DNA of 64,000 nt from a virus. Positions within the stretch are counted from its first letter, which is position 1, and every line of letters starts with the position of its first letter. The translations under genes were made by a program, and so were the position numbers. Below the pieces are notes generated by a model. That model made no database searches, was not told the origin of the DNA, and saw only the letters and a list, made by a program, of their open reading frames with translations. Below are positions 28,701 through 36,275 of the stretch, one piece after another. The stretch lies in IMG/VR virus record IMGVR_UViG_3300025168_000049, positions 22,775-86,774 of that record; one strand, written 5' to 3'.

Positions 28701-31481
28701 CATATTAAACCACAATGGAGAGTTAGAAATTTAGTATGGAATGGTCCTACAGTTAATCAAGATAAACGAATGAATACTAGATTAACTAGCGCTCCAGGAG
28801 CAGGAACAGATCCTATTGAAATAAGAGAAGAATGGGGATGGGAAACAGACTTTAATTGCTATCCAAGAGATGTAGCCTCTTCTATTCATGCAGGTGCAGA
28901 CTATGCTAATTATAGTAGATATGGAGGTAGCTACCTTCCTCCAAGAGTACTAGGACAAAAAGCTAAATCGTACTTAATGGGCGATACTATTTTTAGAGGA
29001 GCATCTTTAGGTTTTGGAGGTAAAGTATTTAATGAGTTTGGTGAAAGTTGTATGATCTTTTCTTTAATGGATAGACACGAGTTTCGTGCAGTTGATTTAA
29101 CTAACAGGCCTACATCCTCAGCTGGTTGGAATTCAGGATACGCAGCACCTAATAACTCTGCTGCGGTTGAAGGATTTGGAAATATTGAAAGAGTTAATCC
29201 TGGAGACAATGGTCCAATACTTGTAAACCCTTTACCTTGGGGATCTTATGATGGAACTGGTGGATATAATCAATTATCACATGACAGTAGCGGATCTAGA
29301 AGTCAAAGTATGATAGTTAATTTACATGCTTTTAAAACTGATGTTTATAAATCTATTGACAGTAATAAATTAGTATGGACAGGATTTGAAGTATTGGGAC
29401 AGCAGTTTAAGAATTTCATTTTCTGGGATGATGCTAATCACCCTGAAGCACCAACAGGTACTATTGCAGGAGATCCTATGGTTGCTACTATAAAAGAATT
29501 GTTACCACCATATACTCCAGTTAGTAATACAGCAAATTACTCTGTAGCTGATTTACAGTCTACGTTATATCAAGGAACTTCAAACCATATAAAGTCTGGT
29601 ATATATGGAGGAGACACCTATATATGCAGATATGGTAAAGCATTAGCTGTTAAACCTAGTAACATAGATGAGAGTTCATTACCTAAAAGATCTATCCATT
29701 ATCAAATAGTAGAAAGTTGTGATAATATTAACTTTAGACATACTGACTCTGATAAAAATTTATACTATCCAGGATCTATAGCAAAAGAAATTATACGATA
29801 TGTTGGTAGTGAAGATGGAGATTTTACACATTTTGATAACATGAGGTATAACGATAACTATTCTGCAGTTAATGACATCAGACCAGCTTTTCCATTACCT
29901 TTAGAAGAAAACAATCAAACAGATTTTCCAACTAGAACGCATAGAAGTGCTAAGTCAGATAATACTAGTTTGATAGATAATTATAGAATCTTTTTAGGAA
30001 ATCAATTTAAAGACCTTCCTAGAGATAAAGGAGATTTATGGAAGCTATCTACTTTTAATAATTTATTATACTTCCACATGGAAGATACTTTATATGTAAC
30101 TAAAGGTAAACAAAAGATGCAGCTCTCTGGTGGATCAGATGCTTTTGTAGGAAGTGGAGATATTTTTGAACAGGCTCCAGAAGAGATTGTGCACACTAAA
30201 GATGGATATGGAGGAACTCAATCAATTAGAGCAGCACTTGTTACACGTAGTGGGTATTTCTTTGTAGATGCTGCCGCTCGTAAAGTGTTCTTAATGAAGG
30301 AAAATTTAGTCGAGTTGAATGATGTAGGTATGGAACAATGGTTTAAAGATAATATTAAATTTGCTCTAGAAGACTTTGGTTTAAGTACTGTTGCTGATAA
30401 TCCTCTTATGGGATTTGGATTTCATTCTGTATATGATCCTAAATTTAAAAGAATATTATTAACTAAAAGAGAGTATGTACCTACACAACTTTTTATAGAT
30501 GGGTTCAATTCGATTGCCTCTATCCCTCCAAGTTATGGAACAGTAAGATTTAACGTTAATTCACAAATGTTTGAGCAGTTTGCAGCTTGTGCCTGCGGTA
30601 CTTTTCCAAGTTGTTACGATTGTTGGGCTACTATAGAGTGGGAGAATGAATCTTATTTCTACAAAGGTGGTTGGACAATATCTTATTTTCCTGAATTAAA
30701 TATCTGGGTTAGCTTCCATGATTATGTACCTTATCATTATTTTAATACTACTTTTAATTTTTATTCAATAACAGATCAGTATCCAAATTTAATTGGTGGT
30801 CTTGGTGGTCTTGTTACTACTTTGGGAAGCTCTGCTATATGGAAACATCACAGCGGTTTAAAAGGATTATACTACCAAGAAAATGATATAGGAACTATAC
30901 CTAACTGGGCAGATAATATAACTATATCTCCTTTTGAGATTGAGTATATAGAAAATGAATTAAGAGAAGCTGATGGATTATATTCCAGTATAACATATAA
31001 TGCAGAAGTCTGGAATGACACTGCAACAGATCTAAATATACAAGGAGTTAATGTACTAGAACATGGATTTACTAGTTTCTTTGTATACAATACACATCAA
31101 ATATCTGGGACTGAAACATCAAGTCCATTAGAATATTTGATAAATACAAGGCGTGTAGGTACTGATTGGAAGATAAATCAATTTAGAGACTTAGCAGCAA
31201 TAGGTGTTTCAACTGCAGCATACTATACTGCTACCGGGGTCAATGTAACTGGAGGAACAAATGTTGGAACTGTAACAACAAGTGCTATAACTCCTATGTT
31301 TGTAGTAGACGGTATGAGTGAACTACCAAACGCAAATTATATAAATTTAAACAAAATATGGCAAGAACAGAAGAAATTTATAGACAAATGGTTAGGAATT
31401 CGTTTAATATATGATAATATAACAAATAATTCCGTACATTTGTACACTAGTTCTGTGGCTGTAAGAAAATTCTATAGATAA
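25797..31481 (+). CDS. Tail stabilisation / muzzle protein (P22 gp10-like)
   Basis: YFTDDLNPPRAIN, GGDTYICRY, GYGGTQS, GYFFVD, YDPKFKRILLTK and WTISY...WVSFHDY.P. Confidence 0.8.
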   Translation: MANKRFLKGLFKDTSHQDQPKDSWRYAKNATINNIEGSISNESGTTAHGHLGTNLTWGAQEDRILGTVEVDNDRVVIFTKNQLNLRSEIGIWDPNTSVGNPYSALYNPNITSYVTHDLNFQFTNLIEGTYKIDAKGDLVVYFTDDLNPPRAINIDRQMRGIALSNITWLYNINPASSHSKHLELLNLFPASGPVPHIYLSDQWWFPKPYQTSVVEGGGLKTAVYYLALAYVDEDLVATNFLTVSNPVSIVDEYDHTRPTSKKDGAKEGTQTSKAISWRVSNLNTDYKFMRPVVVRRMGDSTEAFKLNDIQINPNTSNPPFQTVVFSGIEGSSGLAIEKVIIDTTSYDTAKTIDQLDGILYLGNTTSNKDLGYQKYANAIKTFSVVRDIPKFDEHWMTMDSLTTGNAFFPVDDGNYVDDSKSYRHHPNIVDHKGYQRDEAYAFYIAFIMNDGSMSYAYHIPGREKNISTDPAFHTEGDAVSSASVGNTQIFSDLADLSKGHAQNFHFFDYSQYAGNRNMNFWENATETYPDTDNYEVWDENGYTGTDIKNERVRHHHFPGNDNDNRSSISDDTCTSQESDGVGSNNTPWNGTVEFRHNDDGCEMHWNEGSWRYANMGNYVNISDPDGTNAQMLQALFRSKSDTGGFGSGCNNTGGTWNGNYIVADQKMTVRSWAMINHRRLSNGGSAPLTTTKYSTNSVASPVAEGAAGTSPGCPATSCDSIGDYGGCGGSGTLDYTAMSLPATVLEPGEWIRMRNCGDGWCNVGGQSGGTDCRFRQARGSSEQIDACDAGCSSPSSAPWSCNDYQFIRWEIVSANSVAPGFVKYDAKISHTVRRLGFTLEDIKVPKSIADKVQGFRIYYAKRGQSNKTIIGQDSIIPMTRKLVQMGICLETGGTAEAYQVMGTLQNFPETFWQCESMAYASWHPGYPIYTYGIYQNSTTLATGEAAYKNFTFHDFNLLRTKNSLAGATHIKPQWRVRNLVWNGPTVNQDKRMNTRLTSAPGAGTDPIEIREEWGWETDFNCYPRDVASSIHAGADYANYSRYGGSYLPPRVLGQKAKSYLMGDTIFRGASLGFGGKVFNEFGESCMIFSLMDRHEFRAVDLTNRPTSSAGWNSGYAAPNNSAAVEGFGNIERVNPGDNGPILVNPLPWGSYDGTGGYNQLSHDSSGSRSQSMIVNLHAFKTDVYKSIDSNKLVWTGFEVLGQQFKNFIFWDDANHPEAPTGTIAGDPMVATIKELLPPYTPVSNTANYSVADLQSTLYQGTSNHIKSGIYGGDTYICRYGKALAVKPSNIDESSLPKRSIHYQIVESCDNINFRHTDSDKNLYYPGSIAKEIIRYVGSEDGDFTHFDNMRYNDNYSAVNDIRPAFPLPLEENNQTDFPTRTHRSAKSDNTSLIDNYRIFLGNQFKDLPRDKGDLWKLSTFNNLLYFHMEDTLYVTKGKQKMQLSGGSDAFVGSGDIFEQAPEEIVHTKDGYGGTQSIRAALVTRSGYFFVDAAARKVFLMKENLVELNDVGMEQWFKDNIKFALEDFGLSTVADNPLMGFGFHSVYDPKFKRILLTKREYVPTQLFIDGFNSIASIPPSYGTVRFNVNSQMFEQFAACACGTFPSCYDCWATIEWENESYFYKGGWTISYFPELNIWVSFHDYVPYHYFNTTFNFYSITDQYPNLIGGLGGLVTTLGSSAIWKHHSGLKGLYYQENDIGTIPNWADNITISPFEIEYIENELREADGLYSSITYNAEVWNDTATDLNIQGVNVLEHGFTSFFVYNTHQISGTETSSPLEYLINTRRVGTDWKINQFRDLAAIGVSTAAYYTATGVNVTGGTNVGTVTTSAITPMFVVDGMSELPNANYINLNKIWQEQKKFIDKWLGIRLIYDNITNNSVHLYTSSVAVRKFYR
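31435..31442 (+). promoter_or_regulatory. Bacteroidota -7 element upstream of the cargo genes
   Basis: TACATTTG 43 nt before ATG 31486. Context CGTACATTTGTA nearly equals CGTACTTTTGTA at 3068. Confidence 0.5.
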
Positions 31482-31485
31482 AATT

Positions 31486-32856
31486 ATGACAAAAATAAAA
31501 AAATTAAAGACCGCTGTTGCGTATAAAAGTAAGTATGCCCTAGGAGGCAAGTTAGAGAAACCAAAAATGAAAAAGAGCAAACGTAAGTTTGTGGCAGGTG
31601 GATCTCAATACGATCAAAACACTATTAGTGCTTTTCAGAACCCTAACTATACAGGGAATATAGTAGCTCAAGGTACTCAAGAATCTGCAGATGCGGCTTC
31701 AGAACATTTTGATTCAGAGGCTGAAAAACTAAAAACTTCATCAGAGACAATGGTTAACGAGATGAAAAATGAAGATGAGCAAACTAAACAAAGACTTATA
31801 CAAGAGGATGCAGCCAACAAACAAAAACAAAATGCAGTTGAAAGCACTGCACAAACGGCTGCACAAACTATAACTGAAGGATATAAAAAGTTTGCTCCTA
31901 ACAGTGCTACTGCAAAAGAAACAAAAGGAGATGGTATTGGTGGACTAGTTGGTTCTATTGGACAGGCTAGAAATCAATGGAAAGCTATAGGAGATGCTAA
32001 AAAGGCTGCTAAATTTGCAAAAGGTTTTAATGAAACTAAAACTGCCTTTGATGTTGGACAAAGATTATCAATGGGAGAGGATGCATATAAGCTGTCTCAA
32101 AGCATGAAGAATGTATCAAATATGAAAACTACTCTAGATCAAACTAAAGTAGGAATGAATATGTTTGATAAAGGTAGTAAAGGTTTAGATATGTTAAATA
32201 AAGGTAAGGATGCTGGTGATGTATTTAAAAAAGGAACAGAACTCGCTAGTACAATGGATAAAACAACGGGACTTTTAAAACTAGGAGAAAAAACACAAAA
32301 ATTAAGCACGATGAGTAAAGTTGGTACAGCTGCTAAAACAGTAGGGGCTGGTGTCAAATCTTTTGCTACTTCGGCTTCAGGGCTAGGTCTTATAGCAAAT
32401 TATGCAGGAAAAGGAATAAGCAAGTTATCTGATGATGGGGATCCTACTAAATCTAACTTTGGAGAATATGCTGGAGCTGCTTTATCTACTGCAGGATCTT
32501 GGGCAGGGACAGGAGCAATGATTGGATCAGTAATACCTGGTATTGGAAATGCTGTTGGAGGAGCTGTTGGGGCAGTTGCAGGAGCTCTCTATGGTGTAGG
32601 AAAAACATTTTTTGGTACTAGAAAAGCTAAACGTGCTAAGGCAAAAGCAGATCAGCAAAGAGCTGAGAAAGTGGGTGCGTATAATGAAAAATTAAAAGGA
32701 AGATTTGGACATGCTGCACAATCAGCTAGAGCTATGGAGATTAAATCAAAAACAACCTCTGGACAAGATTTAGGGTGGGATACAACAAGATCTAGATATG
32801 GAGGAATTAGAAAAGAATATGGGGGGCAACGACAAATACCAGCATACGCTGCATAA
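31486..32856 (+). CDS. Cargo/ejection protein 1-like with glycine zipper
   Basis: GAMIGSVIPGIGNAVGGAVGAVAGALYG membrane hairpin; follows the muzzle gene; GG tags at both ends. Confidence 0.65.
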   Translation: MTKIKKLKTAVAYKSKYALGGKLEKPKMKKSKRKFVAGGSQYDQNTISAFQNPNYTGNIVAQGTQESADAASEHFDSEAEKLKTSSETMVNEMKNEDEQTKQRLIQEDAANKQKQNAVESTAQTAAQTITEGYKKFAPNSATAKETKGDGIGGLVGSIGQARNQWKAIGDAKKAAKFAKGFNETKTAFDVGQRLSMGEDAYKLSQSMKNVSNMKTTLDQTKVGMNMFDKGSKGLDMLNKGKDAGDVFKKGTELASTMDKTTGLLKLGEKTQKLSTMSKVGTAAKTVGAGVKSFATSASGLGLIANYAGKGISKLSDDGDPTKSNFGEYAGAALSTAGSWAGTGAMIGSVIPGIGNAVGGAVGAVAGALYGVGKTFFGTRKAKRAKAKADQQRAEKVGAYNEKLKGRFGHAAQSARAMEIKSKTTSGQDLGWDTTRSRYGGIRKEYGGQRQIPAYAA

Positions 32857-32868
32857 AATACTACGACT

Positions 32869-35800
32869 ATGAATAGAAGATTTATAAATAAACTAAGAAA
32901 TAAATATGCTACAGGAGGAGAACTAATGACTAACTCTATGGATCCAGCTCCAATGGGACAACTAGAAGAATCTAGCACAGTTCCTTATGGGTCAGTACCT
33001 ACTTATGAAGCACAAGGAAATAATGTTCCTAAACCACCATCTACAACAATGGCACCAGTTACGGGTGGAACAGATCCTAAAGTGTTAAAAGCAGAGAGAG
33101 ATAAGTTAGCTCTTATGGATGAAGCAACACTTCGTGCATATTATACAGAGATGTATACTAATCAAGTAACACCTGTAATACCTTTTGGTCAAACTAGATT
33201 TAGTAATGATCCAGGATATGGCCAAGGGAGTACTAGATTTAACTATTCCCACACACAAGATAAGAGTGCATTTAATAATATTTATACTTTGACAGATTAT
33301 GATCCGACAAATGAAGGAGAGCAAGATGTTAATGTAAGGAATATAGATGCTGCAAATTATATATATGGTAATACAACTGATGGGTTAATAGCTACTACTA
33401 CTAAATTTGAGGAAGACAGAACGACACAGAACGCTGCTAATGCTTTATTAGACGGAGATGAAAAAGAAGCTGACCGTATTACTACTAATCAGGTTAACAG
33501 GACTATAATTAATGATCTAATAAATCAGAAAGGCTCGTATTACGAGGAAGGTTGGACTATAGGAGATGGAGGTAAGCCTGTACCACCTGTAAATCAAGGT
33601 CAGTTTAACAGAGACCTTATGCGTGAAGAAGCTGAATCTTGGGAGAAAGAAAAAAATCGTCTTATAGAGGCAGGTATAATGGGAGACGGATCACAGCCTG
33701 TAGTTATAGAAGACGATGCTAAGTTTAATGTAGCGGCACTACCAATGGTTGTAGCATCAGGTGTATTTGCCGCAGGGCAGTGGGGTCTGAATCCTGCAGC
33801 TGACGCCCTGTTTTTAGAATCTTTAGTTTTGGCAGGAATATCAACTATAACTTATAAAGAGTTGCAGGGGATGTATAAAAATTATCAAGAAGGTGCGACA
33901 ATGCAGAGGACTATAGATGCTCATGGTAAACAAATGGAAATTGATTTTGGGGCATCAGCTTCTACTGCTACTTCTGCAGCAGGAAGTCATCCTAATGGAC
34001 CTGAATATGACCCAAAGAAAGATCCGGATAAAAGTAGAGCTGCTAAATTTGCTGAAGCTGTAAAAAAGTGGGGAAAGAATGCTGGTAAGCTAGTTTGGAA
34101 TAAATATACTAGGAAATTTGGGATTTATGTTATAGTTGGGGGTACAGGAAGGTTTATATATGAAGTAATTAAACATGGCGGAATAGGTAATACACCTGAT
34201 GGTCAAAATAGAAATGATAAAAAGAAAGAGAAAACTCTAGATAATGATGAATGGATAGCAAATCCAGCGGACCCATCTGGATGGACATTAATGAATCCTG
34301 CAACAGGTGATATATACGATAAACGTACTGGGAACCATTTCACTAAAGATGGAGAACCTATAAAGAATAGAGGACAGAACTATGAATTTGGCGGGTCTAG
34401 AAATACTCTAGATAGAATGCGTCAATACTCAAGAGGAGGCGAGGCTTTACCAGGAGGTATGATGGAATCAATACCAGGTTCTGATGCTGTAAAATTTAAT
34501 GGTCAAACTCATGAAGAAGGAGGAATAGAATTAGATTCTAGAACAGAAGTAGAAGACGGGGAAACTATGGATAAAGTTAATATGAGTAAGGGAGGTCCTT
34601 CAGACTATTTCTTTTCTAAAAAATTAGGATTCGCTGATAAGCATGAGAGACTACTAGCTAATGGAGGTAGTCAAACTGATATCAATTACTTAGCTAAAAT
34701 GCAAGAAAAAGCTGCTGGGAGAAATCCAAGTAAAATTGCCGCAGAATATGGGGGAGTTAGAAAATTTGAAGAGGGAGGAGCAAATAGAAAAACAGATAGA
34801 CAATATGCATACGGAGAAGATTATACAGAGAATGTAGGAGGAGCACATGGAGAGGCAGGATACACAGGACTGGGATCTGACGGATCTTATACTCCAACTG
34901 ATCCAGGAGAAGAAGGATACGCTAATACACAATCTTCAATAGGAAAAAAAGGAAATAACTATTGGGGAGATAAACATATTATGTCTGATGAAGGACGTAA
35001 AGATTTCTACAATAGAAATAAAAATATTTTAAATGGTATGGATATTAATAGTTGGGAAGATTACGACCCAGCTAAACATGCAGGAGATTTCCAAAAAGCA
35101 TTTAACACAGATTTAAAAGAACGTTATAATAAAGACGAGAACTTACGAAACAGTTTAAAAAGTAGAGGGATTAATAGTGTTGAGGACTTTACACAACAGG
35201 CTGGATTTCATAATAAAGGTCATAAATCTAAACGATTAGATAATGCTCATGGAGAATACACATGGAGTAGAACCTCTGCATATAATGAGCCAGAAGATAA
35301 AGAAATAATCCCACCAACAGACGACGGAGGAGGGGACGAGGAAATTACTACAACAGATTTAAAGGTTCAAAATCAAAAAAAAGGCTTTAATTTGTTAGGG
35401 GCCGCACAATTAATACCTGCAGCTATGGCATTTATGGATAAACCTGATTACATGGAATCTCCTGATTTAGTTGCTCCTGGTATTGTTGTTCCTGAACGAA
35501 TATCTAAAACACATTTAGAAAGAGTAAATTATAATAATCAAAGAGATAAAGAAGATAGAAACTACCAGGGACTAAGACAAGATATCAATACAAGTGGTAT
35601 AGGAGGAGGTAGTGCGATGTCTAACAGATTAGCGGCATATGCAATGTCAGAAGCAAACCAAAGAAAAATTGATGCTGATGAATCTAATGTAAATGTACAA
35701 ATTGGGAATCAAGAAGGTACTATGGACCAACAAAGAAAAGGAGAAAATGCTAGTAACATGTTATCAGCTAGTACTACTAATGCTAGTAACTACTTAGATG

Positions 35801-36264
35801 CAGACAAAACTAATGCTAAGAATGCTATGTATGTAGATGAATTTAATTCTGCAGCAGATGCAGCTACATTTGATAGAAAATTAGATGCTGTACAATCTGG
35901 TGTACAAGGTGTAGCAGGTATGTGGAATGACCAACAAAATAGAAATACACAAGAGCGTATAGCTTTTGCTGAAGCAGGTAATAGAGGAACCTATGAGAGA
36001 GAAAGAGCTAAGTGGGACTCTAAAAATGAGAGTGAAAGATTAACCGCTTCTAATAGTAGTACTTCAGAAAGCAGTACTTCAACTACTAAACGTACTTTTG
36101 TAACAGGAGCAGATGGCACTAAATATTGGAGTGACGGAACTTCAGAGAAACCTGGCAGCGCAGAAACAGGCGGGCCAAGGTATAATACAGAGTTTAAAAA
36201 ACGTTTAGCTCGTAAAGGAGGTGTTCATGAAGGTTCTGCTTCGTGGAAAAGAATGTTTGGATAA
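32869..36264 (+). CDS. Cargo/ejection protein (1131 aa), GG-punctuated
   Basis: crAss-type GQTHEEGGI...EVEDGE motif, hydrophobic hairpin, NAxN 11-mer repeats and about 8 xxGG tags. Confidence 0.6.
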   Translation: MNRRFINKLRNKYATGGELMTNSMDPAPMGQLEESSTVPYGSVPTYEAQGNNVPKPPSTTMAPVTGGTDPKVLKAERDKLALMDEATLRAYYTEMYTNQVTPVIPFGQTRFSNDPGYGQGSTRFNYSHTQDKSAFNNIYTLTDYDPTNEGEQDVNVRNIDAANYIYGNTTDGLIATTTKFEEDRTTQNAANALLDGDEKEADRITTNQVNRTIINDLINQKGSYYEEGWTIGDGGKPVPPVNQGQFNRDLMREEAESWEKEKNRLIEAGIMGDGSQPVVIEDDAKFNVAALPMVVASGVFAAGQWGLNPAADALFLESLVLAGISTITYKELQGMYKNYQEGATMQRTIDAHGKQMEIDFGASASTATSAAGSHPNGPEYDPKKDPDKSRAAKFAEAVKKWGKNAGKLVWNKYTRKFGIYVIVGGTGRFIYEVIKHGGIGNTPDGQNRNDKKKEKTLDNDEWIANPADPSGWTLMNPATGDIYDKRTGNHFTKDGEPIKNRGQNYEFGGSRNTLDRMRQYSRGGEALPGGMMESIPGSDAVKFNGQTHEEGGIELDSRTEVEDGETMDKVNMSKGGPSDYFFSKKLGFADKHERLLANGGSQTDINYLAKMQEKAAGRNPSKIAAEYGGVRKFEEGGANRKTDRQYAYGEDYTENVGGAHGEAGYTGLGSDGSYTPTDPGEEGYANTQSSIGKKGNNYWGDKHIMSDEGRKDFYNRNKNILNGMDINSWEDYDPAKHAGDFQKAFNTDLKERYNKDENLRNSLKSRGINSVEDFTQQAGFHNKGHKSKRLDNAHGEYTWSRTSAYNEPEDKEIIPPTDDGGGDEEITTTDLKVQNQKKGFNLLGAAQLIPAAMAFMDKPDYMESPDLVAPGIVVPERISKTHLERVNYNNQRDKEDRNYQGLRQDINTSGIGGGSAMSNRLAAYAMSEANQRKIDADESNVNVQIGNQEGTMDQQRKGENASNMLSASTTNASNYLDADKTNAKNAMYVDEFNSAADAATFDRKLDAVQSGVQGVAGMWNDQQNRNTQERIAFAEAGNRGTYERERAKWDSKNESERLTASNSSTSESSTSTTKRTFVTGADGTKYWSDGTSEKPGSAETGGPRYNTEFKKRLARKGGVHEGSASWKRMFG

Positions 36265-36275
36265 AATATAATAAT

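Noticed and set aside
36243-36275. GTG start for the 895-aa ORF
   Set aside because: It overlaps the previous gene. ATG 36276 has the A-rich context used by the other genes.
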